Positions 55,613 through 64,000 of a DNA stretch of 64,000 nucleotides are shown in pieces. The DNA comes from an uncultured Candidatus Saccharibacteria bacterium (GTDB taxonomy: Bacteria > Patescibacteriota > Minisyncoccia > Phycocordibacterales > CSBR16-119), in assembly GCA_964589975.1 (NCBI GenBank), contig CAZPVH010000002.1:4217-68216 (forward strand), written 5' to 3'. Both the position numbers and the translations under genes were made by a program. Below the pieces are notes generated by a model. That model made no database searches. It saw only the letters and a list, made by a program, of their open reading frames with translations, and had not been told where the DNA came from. The first letter of the stretch is position 1. The number at the start of each line of letters is the position of its first letter.

Positions 55613-57046
55613 TCAGCTGAGTACGCTGAAGCCTTCAGTGGCGGGTTTCCCGCCGCTTGGAGCTCCATCGGAACCCTCGGGCTTCTCTTCACCATTGTGC
55701 TTGTAGAACGAGGCGACGGCTTCTTCAGGATTGATGCCGTATTGCTTCATGTAGTCCTGGAAAAGTTCTTCCTCGGTTCTTATAACACCGGCCATGGCTT
55801 CGGCATAGACCTTACCTACTTGGTGTAGGTGTCTCATCCGCTCAGGATGCTTGGCAATCTGAGCGAGTCGGTCATCCTCGGAAGCTTTGGCGGCTGATGC
55901 CGTGTATTCGATGTTGAACTCATCGACTTTCCCGCCAATGTTCCTGTACATCGATGTCACCTCCTGATCCTTTTGAGCCTGCATGATGCTGACCAGCGTC
56001 TTCCACGTGACGGAGCGCTTGTCAGATGCGGCTTTCAGGGCCTGGAGGTTGGCTGCCAAGTTTGTCTTCAAGCGGGTTACCGCGTCGTACTGAAGGCTCA
56101 GTTCATTGACCGCAGCCTCATACTCCTGGTTCACTGCTCGAGCCTCTTCAAGCTTGGCTTTCGTGTCGCCGTACTGCTTCTTCAGATCTTCGACGAGCTG
56201 GTCCTGCTTCGCATAGGCTTCTGTGCCCTTCTCTGCGATCATGGCAGCAAGCTTATGACTTTCTTCTGTGACCTTGGTCATCAGATCTCCGGTCTGTTCG
56301 TTCCATTCGCGGAACTTCTTGCCCGCTTCGTCACGAAGCCTGATCGAGGATTTCTTCTTGTCGTCGATCTGCGTCAGCTGCCTCACCAGTCCCTGGACAC
56401 GCTGTCGGACGAGACCATCGATCTTGGATACCAGACCCATGTAGTGGGTCAATGATTCCTCCATCGATGCCGTCTGCAAACGCTTCCGGTAAAGTTCATC
56501 AGCCTTGGCTTCAGCATCCGCGAGTCCTTGCTCACGATCTGCCTTGGTGCGGTTCAGCTCCTGGATCAATGCTTCGGCCCTGCGAACTTTACCGCCACGA
56601 CCATTGAAGATCGAGAGGAACCAGTTATCCGAAAGCGCTTGCGCGTCGGTCAGTTGGTTATTCGCCGAAGGGATCCTTGCTTTGACCTCATCCAGGAATT
56701 GCTGGGCTTTGTCGATCAATGCCTGTTCGTCAGGATTGAGCGAAGTGAGTTTTTCAAACCCAAGCTGCACCGTATCCATGAATTGCCGAACTGCCAAGAA
56801 GACGTTGGCGAGGTCTTTTTCCTCCGACTTGAGCATCGCTTCCACCGACTTGAAGTCGGCGGTCATGATCCTCTCTCGGAGACCAGCTTTGGCATCTCCG
56901 GTCTTCGCATCCATGACCTGATCGATCACATCAGCGTAGTCTGTACCTGCCACTTGCTTGACCTTGTCCTCCATCTTCGTTTGCACATCTCCCTTCTGGA
57001 GTTCCTCCAGAAGATCGAACTGGAACGCGGGATCCTTGTCTGTCAT
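55613..57046 (-). CDS. large coiled-coil protein, TelA/KlaA-like (tentative)
   Basis: 477 aa, almost entirely heptad-rich helical with an acidic N-terminus. Length and composition resemble toxic-anion-resistance TelA family proteins. Tentative. Confidence 0.35.
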   Translation of the reverse strand: MTDKDPAFQFDLLEELQKGDVQTKMEDKVKQVAGTDYADVIDQVMDAKTGDAKAGLRERIMTADFKSVEAMLKSEEKDLANVFLAVRQFMDTVQLGFEKLTSLNPDEQALIDKAQQFLDEVKARIPSANNQLTDAQALSDNWFLSIFNGRGGKVRRAEALIQELNRTKADREQGLADAEAKADELYRKRLQTASMEESLTHYMGLVSKIDGLVRQRVQGLVRQLTQIDDKKKSSIRLRDEAGKKFREWNEQTGDLMTKVTEESHKLAAMIAEKGTEAYAKQDQLVEDLKKQYGDTKAKLEEARAVNQEYEAAVNELSLQYDAVTRLKTNLAANLQALKAASDKRSVTWKTLVSIMQAQKDQEVTSMYRNIGGKVDEFNIEYTASAAKASEDDRLAQIAKHPERMRHLHQVGKVYAEAMAGVIRTEEELFQDYMKQYGINPEEAVASFYKHNGEEKPEGSDGAPSGGKPATEGFSVLS

Positions 57047-57114
57047 TTCTGCGGTTTTTGGTTTGTTTTTCGTTTCTGCTTTAAGTTGTCAACGACCTGC
57101 GTTAACTTGAGGGT

Positions 57115-57142
57115 AATACTACACATTTCGGGTTATTTGTCA
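57115..57142 (-). promoter_or_regulatory. sigma70-type promoter (minus strand) TTGACA-N16-TAGTAT for the 57046->48037 gene array
   Basis: The reverse complement of 57115-57142 reads TTGACAAATAACCCGAAATGTGTAGTAT. A CCCCGCAC...GTGCGGGG terminator for the upstream gene lies at 57200-57232. Confidence 0.45.
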
Positions 57143-57237
57143 AGTGTTTTCAAGGCTTTTTTGCTTTTTCCTGGGAAGCCTGTAAATAAGGGCCCAAATA
57201 GCAAAAACCCCGCACTTTCGTGCGGGGTTCTTTCGGG

Positions 57238-57960
57238 TTACAGCTCACGACCCAAATTGCCATTTCTGTAGTCATCGTCGAGCTTGGTGTCATTTACCGG
57301 CTCCCCCTCGAGAAGCGTGGCTTGTTCGAGAGACGTACGATGCTTGACCTCTTCTTTCTTTTCGAGGTTATCCCAGTGCGGAACATCACCAAACCTGATG
57401 CTGTAGACCGTCATCGACATCCACTTTTCCGGGATACGATCTTCTGGCACTTTCCAACGCCCGTTGAACGGATCATCGAGCTCGGTTGCGATCATAAAAC
57501 CCATCACCGCCAGAAACACGAAGGTTCCAATGAAAAAGCATCCCACGCGAATGGAACTGAAATCGAAGAGGAAGAACATGATGGTGGTCGTAAGCGAGAT
57601 AAAGAGAAGCAATCCATGCATCAAAGGATGCGTTCTTCTGTCGCGCTCTTCGAGGAACATCAAAGCGTTCATCGTGTCGATGGCCGCGTTAATCCTCTGG
57701 TTCTGCGTCATGCATCGGTTCAGCACAAATCCCAGGATAGTGCTATAGATGATGCTTGGCATCAGTACAATCAGGTCAGACCCGAGCTCTCTTGAGCTGA
57801 TGCCTTCCGATTGCAAGTGGAATGCCTGATAGATATGGTGCTTGAAGAAGAACCAGATGGCTACAAACACGACCGAGAATATCGATGCGATTGCAAACAT
57901 CGGGAAGGACTTGCGAAGCGTGTTCGCTAGTGTATGTTTTTCCAGCTTATCTTTTTCCAT
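57238..57960 (-). CDS. membrane protein, hypothetical
   Basis: 240 aa with 4 TM helices and an acidic C-terminal tail. Confidence 0.45.
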   Translation of the reverse strand: MEKDKLEKHTLANTLRKSFPMFAIASIFSVVFVAIWFFFKHHIYQAFHLQSEGISSRELGSDLIVLMPSIIYSTILGFVLNRCMTQNQRINAAIDTMNALMFLEERDRRTHPLMHGLLLFISLTTTIMFFLFDFSSIRVGCFFIGTFVFLAVMGFMIATELDDPFNGRWKVPEDRIPEKWMSMTVYSIRFGDVPHWDNLEKKEEVKHRTSLEQATLLEGEPVNDTKLDDDYRNGNLGREL

Positions 57961-58010
57961 GAGAGGAACTTTTTCTGCATATTACCTAAAAATTCCTCTT
58001 TGTCAAACTT

Positions 58011-59225
58011 TTATGCCTGGTAGCTTTTCTTGAATTCTTCTTTAAATTCTTGGAATCGATCTTCGAGTATCGCCTGCCTGATGCCTTTTACAAAATTCAC
58101 CATGAAGTAGAGATTATGAATTGAACCCAAAGTGTTGGCCAAAATTTCTTTTCCATGAAAAAGATGTGCGACATAGCTCCGAGAGAAATTCTTACATGTA
58201 TAGCATCCGCATCCTTCCTCGATCGGCAAGAAATCTTCTCGGTATTTCGCGTTCATTATATTTATTTTTCCGGCTTTCGTATAAAAAGATCCGTTACGGG
58301 CGATCCGTGTTGCGGTAACACAATCAAAAAGATCACAACCATTTTCTACCGCTCCGAGGATGTCGAGTGGTTCACCGATTCCGAGTAGGTGCCTCGGCTT
58401 CCCTTCCGGAAGACTTTCATTTACCCACGCGACAGCTGTCCCAATGTCGTCTTTATCAAACGAGCCGCCAATTCCAAAGCCGTCGAACTCATTTCCATTT
58501 TGAGTTTTCATGCCCGCCAGAGTTTCAGCAGACTCTTTGCGTAAATCTTCATGACGTCCGCCCTGCACAACGGCAAAAAGTGCCTGAACATTTTCTGGAT
58601 CCAGTTTCTCGTGCGCTTCGAGTGACCGGAGCGCCCATCGGTGAGTTCGTTCCATGGCCTCACGCTGATATTCATATGTCGCTTGCGGACTAGTGCATTC
58701 GTCGAATGCAAATATCATGTCCGCGCCCAGATCCCACTGGATAGCCATGGAAGATTCTGGTGTGAACCTATGTTCTGAACCGTCGAGATGAGATTTGAAA
58801 GTCACCCCGTCTTCGTCTATCGAGGCCAGCTTGCCGTGATTCCCTGTTCCGCCATCTTCAACAGGCCTCGTTTCGACATCGCCCTTCGCAACTTTTGACA
58901 CACGCTCGCCGAACGCGGCGCCCAAAGAAAAAACTTGAAAGCCTCCCGAGTCTGTCATCGTCGGCCCCTTCCAATTCATAAACCTCGCAAACCCTCCAGC
59001 TTTCTTTATGAGTTCCGAACCAGGTTGCAGATAAAGGTGGTACGTATTCGCAAGCACGACCTGAGCGCCAACGGTATCGAGCATCTCGGGTGTCAGAGAT
59101 TTTACCGTCGCCTTTGTTCCGACAGTCACATACGCTGGTGTTTCGATCTGCCCATGCGGAGTTGTGATAAGTCCCGCGCGCCCCAGCGCTCCAAATTTTT
59201 TATTTATTTCGAAATTAAATTTCAT
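58011..59225 (-). CDS. tgt: queuine tRNA-ribosyltransferase (tRNA-guanine transglycosylase)
   Basis: N-terminal GALGRAGLITTPHGQIETPAYVTVGT, the Tgt catalytic (beta/alpha)8 region, and a C-terminal Zn site (CGCYTCKNFSRSYVAHL). Confidence 0.85.
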   Translation of the reverse strand: MKFNFEINKKFGALGRAGLITTPHGQIETPAYVTVGTKATVKSLTPEMLDTVGAQVVLANTYHLYLQPGSELIKKAGGFARFMNWKGPTMTDSGGFQVFSLGAAFGERVSKVAKGDVETRPVEDGGTGNHGKLASIDEDGVTFKSHLDGSEHRFTPESSMAIQWDLGADMIFAFDECTSPQATYEYQREAMERTHRWALRSLEAHEKLDPENVQALFAVVQGGRHEDLRKESAETLAGMKTQNGNEFDGFGIGGSFDKDDIGTAVAWVNESLPEGKPRHLLGIGEPLDILGAVENGCDLFDCVTATRIARNGSFYTKAGKINIMNAKYREDFLPIEEGCGCYTCKNFSRSYVAHLFHGKEILANTLGSIHNLYFMVNFVKGIRQAILEDRFQEFKEEFKKSYQA

Positions 59226-59228
59226 GCT

Positions 59229-60008
59229 TTAAATTTGTACTTGCACCCACCTCTCTTCCTGGATATTCACTGGACTCTTCATCAAGACTTTTTTGAACGA
59301 GTCGCGCGCATCAAAGTCTATTTTTCTGGCGACCCCAAGCGGCATATTCGTAAGTCCTGGATAAAAGAACATGTCACCGACCGCGACTGTGACATCACGC
59401 GCCACATCTACCTCGAATGTTCCATTCCCTGTTCCACGGGCATTAAAAAATCTCCCTGTATTTCCATAGACGACCTGAGAAATATTTCCCGGAGCGGAAT
59501 AAAGGAGCACACGGGAGGAGTTTGATTCGACAGACTCTATCTCGCCAACTAATACATTCCCGTCTACGAATACTCGCATGTCCGGCTTTACACCATCATC
59601 TGATCCGGCATCGATTATAAGAGTATCGTAAGGAGTTATGTTAGGTTTGGCCAAAATGTTTCCAAGCACGAACTGCGAGCCTGTCGGCATGCGGCCCATG
59701 ATCTCTTTGAGTTCGGCATTTTCCGCAGCAATATTTCCGGATGACGTGATTTGAAGATTGAGGCGATCAACCTCTTCACGAAGACGTTTATTTTGTTTCC
59801 ATAAATCTTTTTTTGATGAAACATTGATAGAAAGAAAATCAGCCGCATAATTCTCCGCTGTCCAGATTGGTCGAAAGATACTCGTAAAAAAAGAATTCAT
59901 TCCTTTTAGAAGCCCCTGTTGCAAGGCAATGAAAAAAAGCGCCAAAAGCACAAAAAAGACAAGCGTAAGCCAGCGCCGCCGATATGTTTTAGCGAGGTGG
60001 TGATTCAT
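59229..60008 (-). CDS. mreC: rod shape-determining protein MreC
   Basis: N-terminal TM segment, a coiled-coil (LRLNLQITS...ENAELKE) and beta-rich periplasmic domains. Immediately downstream of mreB. Confidence 0.7.
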   Translation of the reverse strand: MNHHLAKTYRRRWLTLVFFVLLALFFIALQQGLLKGMNSFFTSIFRPIWTAENYAADFLSINVSSKKDLWKQNKRLREEVDRLNLQITSSGNIAAENAELKEIMGRMPTGSQFVLGNILAKPNITPYDTLIIDAGSDDGVKPDMRVFVDGNVLVGEIESVESNSSRVLLYSAPGNISQVVYGNTGRFFNARGTGNGTFEVDVARDVTVAVGDMFFYPGLTNMPLGVARKIDFDARDSFKKVLMKSPVNIQEERWVQVQI

Positions 60009-61038
60009 ATTGCGTGTCTATAATTATATCCTTGTACTTTGAAAGATTCTCCAGAACCACACCCGTGCCGCGCGCAACCGCGGTGATCGGATCTTCTGCA
60101 ATATGAATCGGCATCTTTACCTTGCGTTCAAGCATCTTGTCGAGACCCTTAATAAGCGCACCACCTCCCACTAGGACAATTCCCCTGTGCATAATGTCGG
60201 CCAGGATTTCTGGCGGTGTGTTCTCCAGAACTTCCCGAATACCTTCGACAAGAGTAGCAATCGACGGCGCCATGGCTTCACGGATATCTTCATCAGTTAC
60301 CATAACAGCGCGCGGAAGTCCGGTGATGAGATCGCGACCACGAACCTCGATCTCTACCGATTCACCAACAGGCAACGCGGAGCCAATTGCAATTTTTATG
60401 TTCTCAGCAGTTTTTTCGCCAATGAGAAGCTTGAACTGATCTTTAAAAAAGGCGCTGATGTCATTGTTTAATTTGTCCCCAGCGATGGTGAGGTTTTTTG
60501 ATTGAACAATACCGCCGAGCGAAATGACAGCAATGTCGGTTGTACCGCCGCCAATGTCGACAATCATCGAACCGACCGGATCGTGAATTGGAAGACGAAT
60601 TCCTACGGCCGCAGCTGTTGGCTCTTCGACAATATAAACCTCGCGCGCTCCGGCATTTTTTGCCGCGTCATAAACAGCTCGCGTTTCGACGCTGGTGATA
60701 CCGGATGGAACGCCAACAACGACGCGCGGACGGAAAAACTTCGGCGACATCTTCTCGATTTTGTTGATGAGGTACGACAGCATTTCTTCGGTCACCTCGA
60801 AGTCAGAAATCACGCCATCGACAAGAGGCCGGACGGCTTTGATATGCGGCGGAGTACGGCCGAGCATCTGCTTTGCCTCAGCGCCAACAGCGACGATGGT
60901 TCCCGTTTTTTTATTTACGGCCACAACCGAAGGCTCAGAAATGACAATTCCTTTCCCCTTCAAATAAACAAGGGTATTCGCAGTACCCAAGTCTATGCCG
61001 ATGTCGTTAGAAAATAATTTATAAAGTCTTTCAAACAT
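59989..61038 (-). CDS. mreB: rod shape-determining protein MreB (actin homolog)
   Basis: IGIDLGTANTLVY phosphate-1 motif, VVDIGGGTTDIAV phosphate-2 motif. 349 aa. Confidence 0.9.
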   Translation of the reverse strand: MFERLYKLFSNDIGIDLGTANTLVYLKGKGIVISEPSVVAVNKKTGTIVAVGAEAKQMLGRTPPHIKAVRPLVDGVISDFEVTEEMLSYLINKIEKMSPKFFRPRVVVGVPSGITSVETRAVYDAAKNAGAREVYIVEEPTAAAVGIRLPIHDPVGSMIVDIGGGTTDIAVISLGGIVQSKNLTIAGDKLNNDISAFFKDQFKLLIGEKTAENIKIAIGSALPVGESVEIEVRGRDLITGLPRAVMVTDEDIREAMAPSIATLVEGIREVLENTPPEILADIMHRGIVLVGGGALIKGLDKMLERKVKMPIHIAEDPITAVARGTGVVLENLSKYKDIIIDTQYESPPR

Positions 61039-62290
61039 AATTTTTAATCTCCCCCATCAAATCCTCCGGCTTGATCATTCGGCCCTTTTCCTCACGCCTT
61101 TCCTTTATCTCAATCATACCTTCGGCGAGCGTTCGCTTACCAACAACAACACGGAGTGGAATGCCGATAAGGTCTGAGTCGGCAAATTTTGTACCGGCGG
61201 AAATATCTCGGTCATCATAAAGTGTTTCAATTCCAGCTGCGGTTAAAGTTTCATAAATTTCTTCTGATTTCGCCTTGACCTCTTCGTCATCAGCGCCGGC
61301 AGAAATAAGGTGCACAGAAAACGGCGAAACTTCTTTCGGCCAGATAAGACCTTTCTCGTCAGACAAAACCTCAGCGATAGTTCCCATAATTCGAGATGGG
61401 CCAATTCCATACGAACCCATGAAAACAAATTCTGATTCTCCTTTCTCATTTTTATAAGAGAGCTCTAGCGGTTCGGAATATTTATAACCAAGGGTAAAAA
61501 TATTTCCGACTTCGACAGCCTTATGCTCAACAAGCTTGTCGCGAGTAAGTCCGAGGTTCGTTAAAACTTCATCATTCAGAACCTCCTGATTAACCGCGAG
61601 CCCAGATCCTTCGTCGACATAGATTACATCTTCGCCGGCGCTCGTGACAGTCTGGAATTCATGTGAGTACTTTGAAAAAGTACCACCTGAAGCGAACGTC
61701 ATGTACGTCAGGTGGCCGATACCAAGCCGGTCATACGCGCGCTTGTACGCCTTCTGAACTTCTTTGTAAAATGCTTGGTGCTCTTCTTCGTTCTTCGCGA
61801 ACGAATACATATCCTTCATCAGGAATTCACGTCCGCGCATGACGCCAGACTTGGCGCGTAGTTCATTTCGAAATTTTACTTGGATCTGATAAGCGGCAAC
61901 CGGAAGATCTTTGTACGATGAAATGTGGTTCTTCAAAATATCCGTAAGAGGTTCCTCGTGCGTGAAGCCAAGTCCAAGCTCTGAATCATTTTTGAGTTTC
62001 GTCTTGAACCAATTGTCGACGACAGCGTCATCCCAGCGACCAGACTTTTGCCAAACTTCCGGGTCCTGGAGAGCTGTGAGTTTCATTTCAAGTGCTCCGA
62101 GCTTATTCATCTCGTCTCGAATGATGCCACAAATCTTGTTCATCACTCGAAGTCCCAGCGGGAGATACGCATACACGCCAGCCATTTCTTTATGCACAAA
62201 TCCGGCCCGGATCAGAAGTTCGGCGTTCTTTGACGCCTCATCCGCAGGAGCTTCTTTCCTAGTTTTAGTGAAGAGTTTTGTTTGTCTCAT
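61031..62290 (-). CDS. proS: prolyl-tRNA synthetase (short bacterial form without editing insertion)
   Basis: Class II motifs and the ProRS N-terminal pattern (RAGFVHKEMAGVYAYLPLGLRVMNKI...FRNELRAKSGVMRGREFLMKD). Start chosen at MRQTKLF. The ORF track adds 13 codons that fall in the leader helix. Confidence 0.85.
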   Translation of the reverse strand: MRQTKLFTKTRKEAPADEASKNAELLIRAGFVHKEMAGVYAYLPLGLRVMNKICGIIRDEMNKLGALEMKLTALQDPEVWQKSGRWDDAVVDNWFKTKLKNDSELGLGFTHEEPLTDILKNHISSYKDLPVAAYQIQVKFRNELRAKSGVMRGREFLMKDMYSFAKNEEEHQAFYKEVQKAYKRAYDRLGIGHLTYMTFASGGTFSKYSHEFQTVTSAGEDVIYVDEGSGLAVNQEVLNDEVLTNLGLTRDKLVEHKAVEVGNIFTLGYKYSEPLELSYKNEKGESEFVFMGSYGIGPSRIMGTIAEVLSDEKGLIWPKEVSPFSVHLISAGADDEEVKAKSEEIYETLTAAGIETLYDDRDISAGTKFADSDLIGIPLRVVVGKRTLAEGMIEIKERREEKGRMIKPEDLMGEIKNYV

Positions 62291-62420
62291 CCCGTTAGAA
62301 ACAGGTCGCGGTATTTCCGCCATCTGCAAGTTTAATGTTGATAATCTTAGGTTAATCGAGTGCCTTGCCTATCCCGTCTTCGTGACCGCGGTTTCTAACG
62401 GGACTCATGGGCTATATATT
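62291..62420 (-). promoter_or_regulatory. conserved leader RNA element (copy 2) upstream of proS
   Basis: mRNA sense reads AUGAGUCCCGUUAGAAACCGCGGUCACG...(~75 nt)...AUACCGCGACCUGUUUCUAACGGGAUGAGAC. Both arms match the copy at 41018-41150. Confidence 0.55.
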
Positions 62421-62447
62421 ACTCGGATTTAAGGTTTTTTCCTATGC

Positions 62448-62476
62448 TTGACATTATAGCCTAAATATGGTATTAT
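62448..62476 (+). promoter_or_regulatory. sigma70-type promoter TTGACA-N17-TATTAT
   Basis: Read from the sequence, 20 nt upstream of the 62496 ORF. Confidence 0.5.
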
Positions 62477-62495
62477 AGTAGTAAACCCCAGAACA

Positions 62496-62843
62496 ATGAG
62501 AACCATATTCACCTTGCTCGTACTGAGCATTTCCCTCTTCCTGAGCGCTCAGACGCGTGAATTCACGCGAGACAGTTCGCACTTTGCCATCCTTCAAATA
62601 GGGTACAAAGAAATACTGACCTACAGCAATCCGTCCGGAGAATTCGAAGTACTCACCGGACCAGCACTTCTCATCCATGAGGAGCTGCTCGTGATCAACA
62701 ACAAGATCATGGAGGTGTACTACACAAACGGTCAAGGCTTGGAGAAGGACCTGTTCGTGCTGGAGAACGGCAGGTGGAACAAGCTCCAAGAGGAGCGAAA
62801 GCTTGCCAAATTGAAAGTCCGCCGCGGTTACGACCCACAGTAA
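62496..62843 (+). CDS. secreted hypothetical protein
   Basis: 115 aa with a signal peptide (MRTIFTLLVLSISLFLSAQT) and a terminator downstream (CCCCGCGA-TCATG-TCGCGGGG + TTTGCTTTT at 62862-62895). Confidence 0.45.
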   Translation: MRTIFTLLVLSISLFLSAQTREFTRDSSHFAILQIGYKEILTYSNPSGEFEVLTGPALLIHEELLVINNKIMEVYYTNGQGLEKDLFVLENGRWNKLQEERKLAKLKVRRGYDPQ

Positions 62844-62896
62844 GCCCACAAAACGAAGCAACACGCCCCGCGATCATGTCGCGGGGTTTGCTTTTG

Positions 62897-62924
62897 TTGA
62901 CAAAACCTCTGTGAATCGTAATAT
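62897..62924 (+). promoter_or_regulatory. sigma70-type promoter TTGACA-N16-TAATAT upstream of the rpsB leader
   Basis: Read from the sequence. Lies ~400 nt upstream of the rpsB start codon. Confidence 0.5.
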
Positions 62925-63328
62925 TCGCAAAAACCCCTATTCATGGAAACTCTAGATAATCTCTTCCTCGAGCCTTGGCTTTCAAAGACCCTTTACTTAT
63001 CAGGACTACCCATGTTCTGTGTTGGAGAATATCCAGCTGGTTACAGCTTCACGCTCATGGCCATCTGCCTCGCCCTACACCGCCTTATTTGGAGACCATA
63101 AGGCACCACATCTCGAGCCCCGCGCATGCGGGGCTTTCGGTTTTCTTCATCTTGCCGAAGCCAAAACTGGAGTGGGTAGCCGTTGACTACCCCCCTTTTT
63201 CATGTAATATACGGAGGTCTGTAACAAATCCGTCTCGCCTAAGGGCGGACGAGATGCCCACACGGTTAGTCGCCGGCGGGTCAAACGGGAACCATTTAAT
63301 AAGACCGGTTCCTGTGCAGATAGAATAT

Positions 63329-63994
63329 ATGGATTTATCAAAAGATCTTATGGCCGTCGGGGCCCACTTCGGATATTCGAAGACCCGCCGCCACCCGTCA
63401 GCGAAGCATTATGTCTTCACGACAAAGAACAACGTCGATATCATCGACATTACATACACAGAGAAGATGCTTGCGGATGCCCTGGCATACGTAAAAACTC
63501 TTGGCGAAGAGAAGAAAAACATCCTTTTTGTTTCCGGCAAGCCGGAATCAAAGAAAATAATTGAGACGGCTGCAAAGTCACTCAATATGCCTTACGTTGA
63601 GAACCGCTGGATCGGCGGAACTCTTACCAATTTCACACAGATCAAGAAGCGAATCGATGTCCTCATCGATCTCAAAGCTAAGCGAGAGAAGGGTGAGCTC
63701 GAGAAATACACAAAGAAAGAGCAGTCTGACTTCTCTAGGCAGATTGAGAAGATGGAAAAGAATTTCGGCGGACTCGTAGGTATGGTCAAGCGCCCTGACG
63801 CCGTTTTCATTGTCGATACACGAAAAGAGCACATCGCTCAGACTGAAGCTAACATGGTAAAGATCCCGGTAATTGGTCTATCTAACACTGACTGTGATTT
63901 CAGTGACATCGACTATCCAATTGTTGCAAACGACGCCTCAAAGACAAGCGTTCAGTTTTTCGTCGATAAGATAGTAGAAGCGTACAAGGGATAA
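63329..63994 (+). CDS. rpsB: 30S ribosomal protein S2
   Basis: MDLSKDLMAVGAHFGYSKTRRHPSAKHYVF...NRWIGGTLTNF are S2 signature regions. Start chosen at MDLSK. The ORF track's 118-codon N-terminal extension is not S2-like. Confidence 0.9.
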   Translation: MDLSKDLMAVGAHFGYSKTRRHPSAKHYVFTTKNNVDIIDITYTEKMLADALAYVKTLGEEKKNILFVSGKPESKKIIETAAKSLNMPYVENRWIGGTLTNFTQIKKRIDVLIDLKAKREKGELEKYTKKEQSDFSRQIEKMEKNFGGLVGMVKRPDAVFIVDTRKEHIAQTEANMVKIPVIGLSNTDCDFSDIDYPIVANDASKTSVQFFVDKIVEAYKG

Positions 63995-64000
63995 TTCCAT

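Noticed and set aside
62291-62329. Apparent conserved N-terminal peptide (PRPVSNGM / PRPASNRM) shared by ProRS and the SBP, suggesting a protein-level signal
   Set aside because: Conservation extends upstream of any possible start and shows base-pair covariation between two distant arms. This is an RNA helix. The proteins most likely start at the next ATG.
62975-63328. 118-codon N-terminal extension of the rpsB ORF
   Set aside because: The extension has no S2 similarity, contains a terminator-like hairpin, and S2 homology begins exactly at MDLSKDL (63329). It is treated as a leader RNA.
1-64000. CRISPR arrays, rRNA genes, transposases, integrases, toxin-antitoxin pairs
   Set aside because: No regularly spaced direct repeats, no 16S/23S/5S signatures and no DDE or tyrosine-recombinase-like ORFs were seen. 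The repeats present are irregular and tRNA-linked.

Overview
Gene-dense bacterial window (~38-45% GC background with several visibly GC-richer blocks) whose content resembles a reduced Patescibacteria/CPR-like chromosome: short single-domain housekeeping proteins (510-aa IF-2, 484-aa Rel without an ACT domain, ~430-aa ProRS), many tRNAs, tight gene packing and canonical TTGACA-N16-17-TATAAT promoters. Recognisable housekeeping genes are valS (3' end), a PrsW-like protease, hsp20, glutaredoxin, lepA, rel, parB, miaA, rpmG, rlmB, clpB, a cysteine desulfurase, infB, rbfA, a GT-C/GT2 glycosylation pair, uvrA, uvrB, tgt, mreC, mreB, proS and rpsB, plus nine tRNAs (Phe, Arg, Leu x3, Trp, Tyr, Cys, Lys). 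The most interesting, least-explained content is: (1) a seven-gene minus-strand operon at 34815-41017 made of a solute-binding lipoprotein and six secreted proteins that all end in the same C-terminal two-helix module resembling a VirB2/TrbC-type pilin, three of them fused to large Gly/Asn/Thr-rich ectodomains; (2) a ~120-nt leader RNA element with a covarying long-range helix over the start codon, present upstream of both that operon and proS; (3) a repeat family placed directly 3' of tRNA genes in at least four copies; (4) a ~720-bp ORF-free, hairpin-dense region after tRNA-Leu(CAA); (5) a GC-rich all-minus-strand block at 48037-57960 encoding a divergent AAA ATPase, a large coiled-coil TelA-like protein, membrane proteins and a beta-rich secreted protein. 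No CRISPR array, rRNA, transposase or integrase gene was seen.
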